From the NCBI RefSeq assembly GCF_000142905.1, contig NW_013657640.1, positions 1 to 57,140 of the forward strand: DNA of 57,140 bases. The letters run 5' to 3'. This stretch comes from Thecamonas trahens ATCC 50062 (Eukaryota; Protista; Apusomonadida). The notes under the pieces are model-generated. The model was not told where the DNA came from, did no database searches, and was given only the letters and a program-made list of their open reading frames with translations. Position numbers and translations under genes: made by a program. Shown here one piece after another: positions 32,479-46,519 of this stretch (its first letter is position 1; every line of letters starts with the position of its first letter).

Positions 32479-34026
32479 TCATACGCTTCCTGATGATCCA
32501 TGAAGGGCTGATCGGGCGCGGGCACGCGAGCGGGCGCTCGGCGACGGTCGCGGCTTGGCCAGCTCGGTGGCGCAGGCGTTGCAGACTCTCACGGGCTTAC
32601 CGTTCGACTTGGGCGTCACCATCCGCGCCGGCGAGCAAGCGTAGCAGTAGAGACCGCCGCACGCCCGACAGTGGTGCTTGCGGCGGTAGAAGGAGAACGA
32701 AGGTCGCAGCTAGTGCACGCCGTGGCACCGTCGTCTGGCACCCACGCGCCCTCGGTAGCGGTCTGAAGCTCGGCGAGCGAGCTCCGCAGCTCGCTCACTT
32801 CGGCCACAAGCCGCGCCACAGACGTTCGCAGCTCCTGAACGTGGGCCTGCTCGTGCGTGAGTGACTCACGGAGCTCATCAGCCTCGCGTTCGGCCTGTCT
32901 AGTGTCGGCGCGGGCCTCGTCGAGCACAGCAGCGGCGGCTGTGGCTGCGTCGGCGGCTGCAGCCTTGCTCGCCGCGTGCGCCGCCTGCTCCGAGGCTAGC
33001 CGGGCCTCGGTCCTTGCGAGCGATGACGAGAGCGTCTCGATCGAGTCCTGCAGCGCAGCAGTGTTGGCGGCAGCAGCAGCCGACGTGTCTGCAAGCTCAG
33101 ACTCGGCAAGTGCCAACTGCGCCCGCAGCTCATCGAGTGCCCGCGCGTGATCGGTGGCGAGCTTCTCGGCAGCGTCGCGGACATCGGCTGAGCCGGCGTG
33201 AGCCTCACGCTCGCGGCGGAGTTCGTCTGCGAGTCGCTCGCGCTCAGATTGCAACGTCAGCAGCTCATCTTCTTGGGCTGCAAGCCGGGTGGCAGCATCT
33301 GAAGCCGACTTGGCCGCCGCCAGCATGTCGCTCCGCAGTGAGTCAACCTGAGCGGCCGCCTGGTCGCGCGCCGTCCGCGTCGCCGCCAGCTCGGTCTCAA
33401 GCGTCGCCTTGGCGTCGTGCAGCGCACCTAGCTCGGTCCGCAAATCGTCGATGGTCTCGACCTGCTGCGCCAGCTGCAGCTGGAGTTCAGTCGACGCCGA
33501 GTCGGCCGAGCCCGCCGCCACATGCGTCGACGAGAGCTTCTGGTTCAGCTCCGAGATCGCGTCATGGCACGCCACAAGGTCGGCGTCACGCTGCGCCAGC
33601 GCTGTCTCGGCCACTTTAGCTCGCTGGCTCGCCTCGGCTGCCGCGCTCTCCAGCACAGCCTTTTCCGCCAGCAGCGCCTTGAGCGACTTGTCCAGCCCAT
33701 TCGCCCGCGACTCCGCTTCCTCTTGGCCCTCCACCGCCACAATCGCCCGAACCTTGGTCTTCTCCAGCTCATTCTGCAGCGCCTTGATCTTCAGATCGTA
33801 CTTGTCTGACAGCTTGGTCACCAGCGCCTACTCCACCCGTCCCGATCATCGCCAGTAGCAGCAGCAGTCGCACGCGAGTTCCCATCATCTCGACCTTGCG
33901 TGAGTCTGCTCCCGACCCAGGCCGGCACGCCCCGCACCACAACCTCGCCCCCTTCACAGCACTTCCTCCCGCCAACTCCCATACCTGATGCTGCTCCTGG
34001 AGCTGCTCAATGAGGTCGCTGGACAT
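32479..34026 (-). CDS. Long coiled-coil protein with C-terminal FYVE domain (EEA1/RUFY-like architecture); exons 34026-33985 and 33827-32479, frame break near 32700
   Basis: Heptad-rich ORF ending WVPDDGATACTSC; the shifted frame continues FSFYRRKHHCRACGGLYCYAC..PVRVCNAC. Confidence 0.88.
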
Positions 34027-34547
34027 GGTGTCCCCTCCCGTCCTCTCGTAGACAAATGAGACGTTGTTCCGTTTCTCCACCCGGTAGCACCGGCGGTAGT
34101 CGACCACACGCCACACGCCCGGCACGCTGCGATGGCGCAAGGGCCCACGGCCACGCTGACAACCACCTGATTCGGGATCTTGGCAAGATCCACTCAACAG
34201 CTACACACATCCAGCCTCCGATCAACTCGCCCTGCTTTGGGCAGAGTGAGGGGCTCGACGAAACCAACGTGGTGTGGCGGCTTGGCAGCATCTGACCAAC
34301 CATGACTGATCCACCATGATGATTCGCAGCGCGCATCATCGTCATCATCACCATGACCATCTTGGCCATCTTGGCCATGTTGACCATCATGGCCATCGTC
34401 ATCGTCGCAGTCACCAATCCCCCATCACCACGTTCTTGCGACTGCCTCGGCACGTGCCAAGTCACGAGGTGCAACCACCTGGCTGATGTCGCACCTTATC
34501 ACCGGCACATCTCACCCTCACTCGACTCATTGCCGAGACTATACACT

Positions 34548-35818
34548 ATGGACAAGACGATGAGTGCAACTGCTGTCATGTGTCTGGTGGCGTGCGGGAT
34601 GGTGTGGCTGGCAGCGGGTGACTCTGCGCCTCGGTACCTGTCGGCTGCGGGGAGGTCTGCTGAGCTGGGGCCTTTGTCGACATCGGCCCATTTGGCCGCT
34701 GTCTGGCAAGCTCGCTATCCGGGGTCAAAGATCACTGCCATGCCATACATTGCAGCTCTTTACCGCTACGGTGGTACCATCGGTGTTCTTGGCCGACTTG
34801 ATGCTGATCTCATCGGCAACTTTCCGGCCAACGCCTCATCGCCAACCCCAGCCTGGCTCGCAACTACCGATCTCTTCCCCACCGTCACAGCTGGCGGAGA
34901 CAACGACATTGGCTATGTTTTTACGAACTCGTCTGCCATGGGATGCAAGCTCGAGAGCTATACCCTGCCGGGCAAGGACGGAACTCCGGCGTGGTTGTAC
35001 TCGTGCCCCTCGGGCCACACCGGGGTAATGGCTTCATCCGGCAACGGCGAGCTCGCGGTCGTCGTCCATCTTGACGAGTCGGATGCATCATCGCCGATCA
35101 CCTTTGATGCCTTTACGCCCAACGGCGGCGGCAAGCCTTTCCTCAACGTCGACATCTCGCAGACTGCGCCCAAGCTGGGAACCCCGCTGCAGCACCTCAT
35201 TTCATTCCAGGCCTCAGGCCCTGGCGTCTTTGTCTCGGACGGCTTCTCCTACGCTATTGTCTCCTCGTTTACAGGCAAGGTCCTCCGTCATGGCAACCCT
35301 GGCGCCGGCAAGCCCATTGCCGCCTCGTGTGGTGGCGGCAAGTACCTTGTCCTCGGCTACCCGCAGAATCAGGAGCTCCTCGTCTGGGCCGACCACAAGT
35401 ACTCGAGCATTGCCTCGCTGCCGCAGCTCTCGGTGGCACCTTTTCCGATGACTGCTCCACCCTCGCCGCCATCGCCATCAGCGGCGACAACTCACTCACC
35501 ACCTACTCCATCTCGGGCAACCAGGCGGCCGTCGCGAGCAAGGTCCAGCTCCCGTCGCAGGGCGAGGCTCCAGTCCAGGTCTCGCCCACCGGCGCCGCCA
35601 TTGTCGTCGCCGCCCCCATCGCCAACGCCGTCTACATCCTCCCGCCCCCCTACACAGCCGCCTCGATGCTCACCGCACATGTCTCCTCTCCTGACGGCAC
35701 CAAGATCGGCGCCTTTGAGCCGCCTGCTCCCAACGGCGTCGCCGCTTACATCTTTGCGCCCGGCTACGACTACAACTCGTCCGACTACACTATCGACTAC
35801 TTTCAACTTCTTTCCTAA
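34548..35818 (+). CDS. Secreted beta-rich (possibly beta-propeller) protein, frame break near 35413
   Basis: Signal peptide MSATAVMCLVACGMVWLAAG; coding-like composition switches from ORF 34353..36191 to ORF 35327..35818. Confidence 0.65.
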
Positions 35819-36031
35819 CCACACACTCCCCAAAATCGATTACACAAGCCGATCGCCTGCCTCGGAGCGTGCCGTTCAAACGGCACACGCGAGCAAGCCG
35901 CCGGGCGTCACCAAATTTATGTCATACCCCCCCCCCCCCCCACCCCACCCACCCACCCACCCTTCACCCACCCACCCTCAGCCTCACACTCCCGACCTCC
36001 ACCCACACACCACTCTCTCCTCCACCCGGCC

Positions 36032-39000
36032 ATGTCCTCCACCACAGAGAGTGTTCTGTCAGTCTACGACTCGCTCTTTCCAACAACTGTACGCACCGCC
36101 ATCCCATCGGCCCCCTCCCCTCCCTTCCCTTCTCCTCCCCCCCAGAGCATCCACCGCCCTCACGCCCTCGCACACAGACCACGCTACATGACCTGGTGAG
36201 TGTGTTCCGAGAGAGAGATGGAAGTGAACATGGAGTGCTTCTTCAAGTCCTGGCTCATCGGATTGGAAAAGCTGTTTCCGAGTCCGGGTCTGATGGTCAA
36301 CTTGATGATGACCTTCTCCTCGCTCAGAGCGGTCAAGACGTCCAGTCTGCCCGTCTTCTTGCTCCATCCCTTCCTCATCCTCAGCTCTTTCATCATGCTG
36401 TCGATAACATCCTCAATGTGCTCCTTGCAAGGGCTTCCATCAATGCAGAGGCTGACAAGGTAGAGGTCGACGAGAGAAACGCCCTGCTTGCTCAGGCCGT
36501 CGATCTCGTCCTCTCACTCGCTCCGCACGCTGCCGCCGTTGTCGACGCCGTCATCATTCCGCTCGTGCTCGACATCATTGAATCCTCTCTGACTGCCGAT
36601 GGAGAGACTCATATTGATATGGGCCGCACCTTGGCTGCCGTCCGCGTCCTTAACCTCATCCTCCGCTCGCCGCGCGAGCCCATCCCTCGTGATCATCCGA
36701 TCCTTGAGCGAGTCCGCGCTGCGGTGCTCGCTGCGCTTGACCTCAACTCGCCGCACGAGCTGCGACACGCGGTTCTCGGCGATGCCTTCCTTCTTCTTTT
36801 CTCGTCGCAGACGGCACTTCGCTGGCTCCCGCAGCTCTGGGCCGTGGTCAAGCGTCTGCACGCTGCCATCCCGCACCTCGCCACCATCTCGCGCAAGCAC
36901 CGCGAGCGCAACGCCAAGTCGCGCATCGCCGTCGACGACCTCCCGGATGCTACGCTGGCGTACTACGACGGCTACGCGCTGGCCATTTTTGTCATCCGCG
37001 CCTACTTTGCACCGCGCCAGGTCGCCGCCAAAGCCTCGGTCCGTCCGCCGCGCGACGTCGCCGACGCCGGTTACGACGCCGACAAAGTCAAGGTCCGCAA
37101 GACCAAGTCAGCCAAGCGGGCCAAGGCCGCCCGCCAGGCCGCCGCCGCCAAGACTGCCGCCAAGGCCGCCGCTGCAGAGGACCATGCCGCCGCCGTCGCC
37201 GCAGCGCTCGCAACACTCGACATCCGTGCGTCGGCCTCTACCTGGCAGTTTATCGAGACCGGCATGATGGACGAAGACATCCTCACCCGCAAGCGCGCCT
37301 CGTACATCCTGCAGATTGTCATCGATGTCTCGGTCGCCCACCCCGGCCCGCTGGTCGCGGCGCCGCCGCAGATCGGCACCTACTTTGTCCCGCTGCCGGA
37401 AAGCCCGAGCCCTGATGCGCTGGCCCAGTTCAAGACGGCTTGGAAAGCCCTGTTTGCACTCTACGACGCGCTTGAAGAGGCCGGGCCCATCATCCTCCGC
37501 GATCTTTGGAACGAGCGAGCATCGGTTGTCGAGGCCTACCTCCCTGCCCGCTGGATGCGGCTGATCTACTTCCACGGCTCGACCAACTTTAATGTTCTCC
37601 ACCACCAGGTCTTTGCCCCGCGCCTTGTCCTCACGCCCGGCCCGCTCGCCGTCGACATTTTCGCCGACGACACTCAGTACACCGTCTTCTGGACCATCAT
37701 GCACCTCGGGCTCAACCATGCGGTCCTCTTCCGCTCCCTCCCGCCCGTCGCGCTCCCGGACGGCATCTCGCCGGTGAGCGACGACGCCAACCAGAGCCCG
37801 CTGGGTGCTGCTGTTGTCGCCTTTGTCGCAAACTACATCAACGCGCTCACACCTGCCGCCGCCGTCGCCTTCCTCCGCACCTTTCCGCGCAATCTCTCCG
37901 GCCTTGCGGGCAACTCGCTCACTGCCGAGCTGGGCATTGCGCTCGCGCTCGGCATCTCGTCGTCGGGCCTGGTTGTGGGCGCATGGGACTCGGCATGCTG
38001 TGCCGAGCTTGTTGTGCTCTTCAAGACCGTGTTTGAGGCAGCGTCCATCTCGTACCGCGAGCGGACATACGCCGCTCTCCTCGTCGCCCTCTCGCGGTTC
38101 ATCGACACCGAGTCGGTCAGCCTGGACCAACTAGTCGAGCTGTTCGGCATGTTTCCGGCCGACGCCCTCGCCTGCCTCGCCCCATCATCGATCCATCGTC
38201 TCGGCTCGGCCGTCGGCACTCTCGGCGCCGCTGCAGGCTCACTGAGTGCAGTCATCGCCGCTGTTGCTGCCCCGCTCGACGCCGCCCGGTCGCTTGCTGC
38301 CATCATCCGCCACGCCGATGGCCTCGCCCGCGCGCTTGCGCTTCACGTCCGGGCTCGTGGCGAGAACGAGGCCGAGCTCGTCGGCTGGCTCGCCCCGGTC
38401 CTCACCGTGCTCTCAGGCATTTACTCGAACACTTACCTCGGACCACTGCATGCCGAGCGGTGCATTGCGCTCGTCACCGCGCTTCTTGCCCATCTCGGCC
38501 CGCTACCTGGCCTGGTCGCCGCTCTCGAGCCGGTCCTCGGCGAAATGTTCTCGTACATGGCTGCAGGCCTCGCAAGCTTGAGCGTCATCGAGCAAGCCGA
38601 GGCCCCGCTCGCCACCGCGCTGCACAAGATCGAGGTCCATGCGTCACTGGTGGCGTTTCTGGTTCGCGAGCCGACGCTAGCCTGCCTCCCGAGCGTGGCT
38701 GCCGGCGTCCGGGCACTCGGGCAGCCGATTGTCCACGGTCTGACCGCTTCAGCCGAGCCCGACTCGCCGGTTTCCCCTGTGGCGCGGACGGCGGCCGCGG
38801 CCATGCTTCATGCCATCGCGCCTGCCCTTGTCAGCTATGACGTTGTCGGCCTCGCACCGGCGACCGCGCTGCAGCTGGTGGCCGAGTCAGGGAGCTTGGA
38901 CATTCCGCGATGCATGCGATCGTGGCTCGACCTCCGTCCGACAGCGCTCCTCACCAGGTACTCGCGGGGGATTTGGGGCGCGGTTCACGACGTGCTTCTC

Positions 39001-41187
39001 TCTGTGGGACCGACGCTCGGAATTGATAGCGCGTTGCGCGCTACAGCCGTGCAAGGCCTCCCGCTTTCTGCACTGCTGGACGCCATGATCGGCGCTATTT
39101 CCGAGTGCACGTGGTGGGCAATCGAGCCACTTCTTGCGGCGCTTCGGCTGGTCAACGCGCTCGGCGGCATGCCTGCCGAGCGGGCAGGCGAGGTGTGGGA
39201 CGGTATCTACGACGGCTTCCTCGCGGTGCGGATGGACCGACCGGGCTCGCTCTGTGGTGCGGCGATTTCTGCGGTACTGACGCCGTCGATTGTGACGGCG
39301 CCTGCTGCGGCGCCGGCCATCATCCAGCTTGTCGACGATGTGCTGCGGCTGGCGGTCAAGATCAAGGGCCCAGTCAACACGCTCGCTGCGGCGCTGTACG
39401 CACCGCTGGTGACGGACCCTGCAAGCGTGGCGCGGCTGGCGCCGGCCCTGGTCCGCATCGCGAGCTACATTCACGACGCTCCCGAGTCGGACGTCGGTCT
39501 CTTTGGCATGATCACCGAGATGGAGGCCATTGCCACGAATGGGACCGAGGTGGCCGAAGCAACCGGCAGCGCTCGCTGCCCGGCAGTCTTTACCGCCGAC
39601 GACGTCTACGCCCGGAGTGCCATGGGGGCGTTGGCGGCATCGCTGGAGGGACACGGCGAGCGGGCTGCCGACGCGGTGGCAGCGCTTGTTGCTGAGATCT
39701 TTGCCCAGTTTGGCGGTCCGCCCGAGCCCGAGGGGCGGAAGAGCAAGAAGAGCAAGAAGAGCAAGGCGTGCGAGCTCGGCAACAGCGGTGAGAAGCGGCG
39801 GCGAGTCCACCTCCTACAGCTGCTAGTGAGCTTGGGCGTGGCGATCAGGCACGTGCCGCTGGACGAGCTCTCCGACCCGCTGTGGCAGCTGCAGATGTAC
39901 AACCACTCGCCGCTCGGCCAGATCTTTGTGCACCTTGCCATCCGGTTTGCAGTGGCAGGACACGGAGTGCCGATGCAGGAGCAGCTGCTGCAGCGGCTGA
40001 GGGAGACTCGGGTCATCAACAAGCGTGAGACAATTGGCCTGCTCTGTGCGTTGTATGCGGTGGTGGTCGACCTAGGCGCGAGCGCCGAGACGGCGGCGTT
40101 CCTGGACGCGGTTGTACCGGCCATCCTCCCGCTTGTTCTCACCCACGCGTACCGGACACATGCGCTTGGGGTCATCAACATGGTCAAGGTCCATGAGGTG
40201 CTTGCCAAGCACGCCGCGGCCGGCTCGGCCGAGTGCGCTGCAGTGCTGGCGCGGATGCAGGCGGATGCGACACTCTCGGCGATCGTCAGCATTTCGCAGA
40301 AAAATGAGTCGCAAGCACTAGACCTGCTGACGACGGCACCGCTGTACGAGCGCACGATCCGCGACGGCGAGGCGCGGGTGCGGCTTGTCTACGTCGAGCT
40401 CCCAAACGATGTGACCGATTCTGCGGGCATGCTCGGCTCGGACATGGTCTTTGACGTGCTGTACGGGAAGTGCGACGACGAGACGCTGTTTGCATCACAG
40501 CGCGCGCCGAGCGCGGTCCCGCTGCGGCCGCGGCAGCTTTCGCTTCGGTTGCTGCGGTGCTCGGAGCGGTTCGAAGAGTTTGCTCTGGAGCCAGAGCAAA
40601 GTGCGGCGCTGGCGGAGAACGCAGTGGCGAACGGCGACGCCAACTTTCAAAGCAAGATCGATCCGGGGCTGTGCCTCTCTGGCGAGACCCGCGGCGACGA
40701 CTATGCCCAGCGTGCGCGCGCGGATCTTATTGTGGTGGCATCGCTCATCACGCGCGAAACGAACCTGGGCGGCCTGACGCGGACTTGCGAGATCTTTCAC
40801 GCCGGCAAGCTGGTTGTCGGCTCTGCCGAGGTCCTCCACACGCCGACGTTCCGGTCACTGGCGGTGACGGCCGAGAAGTGGATGCCGATCGAGGTGGTAG
40901 GTGAGCCGGACCTGGCCAGGTATCTGCAGGCGTGCAAGGACGACGGCTACGCCATTGTCGGCGCCGAGCAGACCGCCGAGTCGGTCTCGCTGGAGGACTT
41001 TGAGTTCCCGGCCAAGACAGTAGTCCTCCTCGGCAAGGAGCGTGAGGGCATGCCTGCCGAGTACATCTCGATGCTCGACTACTGCGTCGAGATCCCGCAG
41101 TTTGGCGTCATCCGCTCGCTCAACGTCCACGTCACCGGCGCTCTATTTGTGTGGGAGTATGTTCGCCAGCGCCAGCTCCAGCAGTAG
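36032..41187 (+). CDS. TARBP1: tRNA (guanosine-18-2'-O)-methyltransferase Trm3/TARBP1; exons 36032-36088 and 36178-41187
   Basis: Long helical N-terminus with LTRKRASYIL; C-terminal SpoU domain NFQSKI, LIVVASLI..NLGGLTRTCEIF, LLGKEREGMP, IRSLNVHV. Confidence 0.92.
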
Positions 41188-41581
41188 CCGACGCAGCTGA
41201 CAGAACATTGTCTGAATCCGCGAACCCGCTACAATACAACTCCCTCTCTCCATCTTGGCGATGAACTAGCCATACCGCCACCCGTGGTCCGATCGGCGCC
41301 AGCCGAAGTTTTTGTGTGCTCCGCAACTGATGATGGCCTGCGCCACGTAACCGACCGACCCCGCCCAACATCAAACACAACGAGTCTAGCTCCCGCTCGA
41401 GCATTCTTCCGCGTCACATAAGCGAGCAAGCTTGCGATCACCCTCATAGCTCGTACATCATCGCTGTGGAATGACGTGTCTGCCCCCCCCCCTCCCCTTC
41501 GCGGCAGGCCACCGGCCAATCGAGCCCGTTGTGGTTGTTGCCGAATGGCACTGCTCTTTCAGCCAGCCAACCCGGACGAGC

Positions 41582-43756
41582 ATGTCGTTGCCGGACAGCC
41601 TTGGCCTCCCTTCTGTCCTCAACTACATCACACAAGAGTTCCGTCGTTTTGAACGTGAGCGCGCTATGTGGGAGTCAGAGCGTAGTCAGCTTAATGTACG
41701 TTGTCAATACTGATTGATGTGCCTAGACATGGTGGAGCCTTTTCCATACCCAAGGCCCTGTTGCCGGCGGTGATGTGGCTGGCGGCCATTTTTTGGTCGA
41801 GGGCGTGAGGGGCATGGCCACCGCTACTGAGCACATGGGTGGGGTATGGGGAAGACTAACATGATGAGTGTGTTGTACGTGTTGTGTTGCGTCTACTTGG
41901 TCTCTTCTATCACTTGGTACAGTCCAAGGTCGCTGTGCTGGAAGCTCAGAATGAGGCTGCCTTCAAGTCGGTTGACGACCTTAAGCGGAGGGTGGTCATG
42001 CTGCAATACGCCCTGCGTCAGGAGCGGGCAAAGGCGGCTGCCGCGGGCGCTACTCGGGGGCAAGCCAGGATGATGCTGCAAATCCTGGTGGGACAAGCGG
42101 GGACGGATCGGATGCGCTGGGTATGGCGACCCGAAGCGGAGCGGGAAGAAGATCCGGGTCAAGGCCGACACGGTGCGGATCCCGTCACTGGCCGAGCTTG
42201 AGGCCAAGTCGCCGGCGTCGGCCACGGCCGGCTCGTCGTATTCGATCACCGAGCGGAGCCGGTCGCTGCTCCGGTCGTACCTCCAGGAGATGGGCCTGCA
42301 GAACACGATGGTGCACGCACCGGCGGGCGCGTCGCCGAGCAAGCCACCGCGGCGGGACACGCCTACACCGGTCGTGGCGCCAGAGCCGGCGAGCAGCGGC
42401 TTTGACATGGACGCGCTTTCGGCAGTGACCGGTGCGGCGGAGCCTGCTCCCGTCCCGGCCCCGATTGTCGAGCCGGAGGCGACGGTGGCTCGGCGGACGT
42501 CGAGCCGCGGGCGCAAGAGCAAGCTCGCCGACCAGATGCGGGCATTCCAGGAGGCCGAGGCAGCGCGAGAAGCTGAGGCAGGTGCGGGCGCCGAGGCCGA
42601 GACCGCGGCCGGCAACGAGGCGGACTCCGAGCTCGGCGGGCTCGCCGAGCTGAGCGCGGACATTGCGGCCGGGGCGGAGGAGTCGGGCAACGGCAAGTCT
42701 TCCCTGTCTGGGGCGCCTGTGTGGAAACAGAAGCATTTGCTGCGGTCGCACCTTGACGAGGTGCGCGCGGTGGCGTTCCACGCGTCGGAGCCCGGCCTGG
42801 TGACCGCGTCGGAGGACGGGACGCTCAAGTTGTGGAACATGAACGTGATGGCCGGCGGACGCAAGTCGTCGCAGGACCACGAGCCGGTGTTCACCTTCCG
42901 CGGACACCGCGGGCCGGTCTACTGCTGCGCTGTCGACTCGCACAACAACATGATGTTCTCGGGAGCGGCCGATGGCAACGTGCGCGTGTGGAAGCTGCCG
43001 TCGCTGGCGTCGTCGCCGTACGAGTCGCATGGCTCGGCGTCAGCGTACAAGCTCGATCTTCTCTCCTCGCACACCGACGCCGTGTGGGGCGTGGCGGTTC
43101 ACAGCTCACGCCCGCTCGTTGTCTCGATCGGCGCCGACGGCTTTGTCAAGTTGTGGAACTACTCGGCGGCGCTCAACGCGGCGCCGCTGGTCAAGGGCGG
43201 CTCCGGCTCGACCGGCACTTCGCCGGTGTGGTCGGTGACCGGCCCGTCGGTCCCGACCGCCGTCACATTCCTTGCCGCCGAGCCAGGCAAGGTCGTTGTC
43301 ACCTACCGCGACTCGAGCGTCATTCTCCACGACCTCGAGACCGGTGCGGCTAGCGCTACCATCTCGTTGCCGGTGTCCGAGTCTGGTGCCGGCGGCGTGA
43401 CGAGCCAGCCCAACGCTGTCGCGGCGCACCCGACGCTCCCATGGCTCTTCACTGCGCACGAGGACAAGCGCATTGTGATCTACAACGTCAACTCGTCCGA
43501 AGTGGTCGACACCATCGTGGCGCACCCGTCGGGCGTCGCCTCGGTCGCCGTCCACCCCTCGGGCCTCTACTTTATGTCGGGCGGCCACGACTCGTCGGTC
43601 CGGTTCTGGGACGTCTCCACCCGCCGCTGCGTCCAAGCCGTGCAGAAGCATCTTCGCAAGCACGAGGCGTCTATCAACGCTGTGGCTTACCACGAGGCCA
43701 TGCCGTTCTGCGCCACCGGTGGCGCCGACTCGAACGTCCGTCTCTACGGCTGCTGA
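41582..43756 (+). CDS. STRN: Striatin (STRIPAK B''' subunit); exons 41582-41695 and 41923-43756, frame breaks near 42056-42060 and 42119-42121
   Basis: LPSVLNYITQEFRRFERERAMWESER, DLKRRVVMLQYALRQERAK, RSLLRSYLQEMG, LRSHLDEVR, then WD40 repeats. Confidence 0.93.
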
Positions 43757-43815
43757 CACGGTAAACGCGCACTCACGAGGTTGTTTTACGGATGTTGACT
43801 CACGAGACACTTACG

Positions 43816-45604
43816 TTAGATAGCACCCTCGTCCGAAGTGTACGAGTACTCGTCCCAGTCGTCCGAGTTGTAGTCCATGGCCGCAAAGTCGACGCGGTAG
43901 CGGAGGATACCACCGAGGCCGCCAAAGCCCTTGCAGAACTGCGAGCCCTCCTGCGAGCGGTCGGTGACAAAGGCGATGCGGGCGCCAAACTTGGAGTAGT
44001 TTGTGGCGAGCCACTCGACAAGGTCTTCGCGCTCGCCGATCTCGAGCTCGATGCCGGTCTCGCGGTCGTGGAAGAACGTCGGGTCCTGCTGCTGCTCGGG
44101 GGTGAGGAAGACGACCGTGGCGGTGCCGGTCTGCGGGTTGGTCATCTCGATGCGCTCCATGACGAGGTCCTCCCAGACGATGAGCGTCTCGACGGCGCCC
44201 ATCTCGATGGCCTGCATGGTGTCCTTGACACCGTAGCACACCTTGCCGGTGTCCTGCGCAATGTGCTCAAAGTACTCCTTGATGAGCTTCTTCTCCTTGA
44301 GGAACTTGACGTTGGCGAGAACCTCGGCAGACTGGTCGATGGCCTGCGCCAGGCCGGCCTCCATCCCGTACGAGATGTCGACCTGCTTGAGCACAATGTC
44401 GCGGAGCCGCATGTCGAGGAGCTCAGACTCGGCGAGCTCGCGCTTAAAGTCGGCGGAACCGGCAAGAATGAGGCCTGCCACGTTGGGCATGTCGTCGGTA
44501 ATGTAGTGCTTGGTCGCCATCTCACCGACCTTGCGGACCCAGTTGCGCCGGGCCTCCATCCGGAGACGCGCGAAACGGACCGCAGACTGACCACCACGTC
44601 CGTGCTTCTTGGGCAGCTCGACGCCGACCTTCTGCAGGATGTTCCGGTGGTTACCCGAGAGCGTAGCAAAGAGCGCGCCGGAACCGTCCATGATGATAAA
44701 GCCAAAGGTGTCGTCCTGCTGGAGCAGGTCCTTGAGCGGCTGCACGTGGAACCGCGAGTCGCACATGTACATCGAAGTGTTGAGCGGCTTGATCGGCTCG
44801 ATGGCATACGTGACCTTCTTCTCCTTGCCGTCGTCGGTCAGCACGGTGCCCGTGTACAGCGCCAGGCCGTTCGGCGGGATCTGGTTGAAGCCCTTGAGCT
44901 TCTGCTGCGCAGAGGTAATGGCAGAAAGCACAGAGAGCCGGTTGACACGCGACTTGATGTTCGATGCAGAACCGGCCTCGTCCGTCAGCAGACGCGTCAG
45001 CGACGACACCTGGTCACCCGGCGGCGCGATGAGCGTAATCATCGACGTACCGTTGCTGCGAGGTGGGATGAGGGGTGAGTGTGGAGCCATGGAGGGGGGA
45101 GAGCCAAAGAATGACCATCACGACGCCAATCGACGTGTCGGTCCACATGATCTTGCTCGTCTATAGTGATGGCAACAATGACGTCTGCGCCGATGATCAT
45201 GCCCATGCCGACCAAGGCAGAGGAGGTAAGGAGAGCGGGCGAGGACGTGTGTGGCTTGAAAGTGCGACAGCGGACGATATAAAGCGATGACATGAACAGC
45301 TTTCCGCATACTTGCGCACACGCCTACCATCTCTCGCTGCAGCACCTTGTATGGCGGTAGAAGTGATTATATCAATGATGGCGGTGTGTGGCGTGTATGG
45401 ACAGGGACGAGGTGGATCGGAAGAAATCCACCTTTGGGGCGGGGGGGAGCACGCATGGCGAGGCACGTGGGGGGATAGAGAAGGTTTGGAAGGAGGGAAG
45501 ATGTGAAAGAGTACGTACCCACGAGCGTTCTCAAGCGAAGTAAGGATCTTCTTCATCTTGAACATCTCAACGAGCTCGCGCTCCTCCTTGTCGGGGTCGG
45601 CCAT
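43816..45604 (-). CDS. ETF1: Eukaryotic release factor 1; exons 45604-45519 and 45055-43816
   Basis: ARGNGTSM after splicing, [42 protein letters not shown]. Confidence 0.97.
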
Positions 45605-46000
45605 GTTGGTGTGAGGCTGGCAGAGGGGTGGAGGTACTTGAAACACTGTCAACGATTAATTGAATGTGACCGAATTGAGACAAGGTCCCTGGAACCGTTG
45701 CATGGCAACGACCTTGGATGACTCCAACACTGATTTCAACGACATCGGCCAATACTCTGACTTGGGAACTTGGTAGAAGGACAGATCGATACGCGCCGGA
45801 CACCCTTAAGCCTATTGCCTTATGTACCATACCGTGCATCGTTGCCCACCACACAGCATACGTTCATCATATGTTCATCATGCCAAAATAATCGTTGCCC
45901 ATACGTTCATCACACGTTCATCATGCCAAATAATCCACATCAAACGTTCACCTCCGCAAAGAATCGCTATCTTTGCTTCCTACCTTACTCCCCCCCCCCC

Positions 46001-46475
46001 NNNNNNNNNNNNNNNNNNNNNNNNNNNNNNNNNNNNNNNNNNNNNNNNNNNNNNNNNNNNNNNNNNNNNNNNNNNNNNNNNNNNNNNNNNNNNNNNNNNN
46101 NNNNNNNNNNNNNNNNNNNNNNNNNNNNNNNNNNNNNNNNNNNNNNNNNNNNNNNNNNNNNNNNNNNNNNNNNNNNNNNNNNNNNNNNNNNNNNNNNNNN
46201 NNNNNNNNNNNNNNNNNNNNNNNNNNNNNNNNNNNNNNNNNNNNNNNNNNNNNNNNNNNNNNNNNNNNNNNNNNNNNNNNNNNNNNNNNNNNNNNNNNNN
46301 NNNNNNNNNNNNNNNNNNNNNNNNNNNNNNNNNNNNNNNNNNNNNNNNNNNNNNNNNNNNNNNNNNNNNNNNNNNNNNNNNNNNNNNNNNNNNNNNNNNN
46401 NNNNNNNNNNNNNNNNNNNNNNNNNNNNNNNNNNNNNNNNNNNNNNNNNNNNNNNNNNNNNNNNNNNNNNNNNNN
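46001..46475. other. Assembly gap (475 N)
   Basis: Run of N. Confidence 1.
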
Positions 46476-46519
46476 ACTTTACCCCACCACCACCCCCTTC
46501 CCTCCACTCCCCTCCCACA

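Noticed and set aside
42121-42163. Tiny intron (GTATGG..AAG) as the repair for the striatin frame problem
   Set aside because: Formally possible at 16-43 nt, but much shorter than other introns here, and it would retain an implausible peptide; two 1-nt G-run deficits give a more natural linker
43816-45604. Alternative genetic code implied by the eRF1 changes
   Set aside because: TAA, TAG and TGA all terminate conserved genes at expected positions, and no in-frame stops occur within conserved domains
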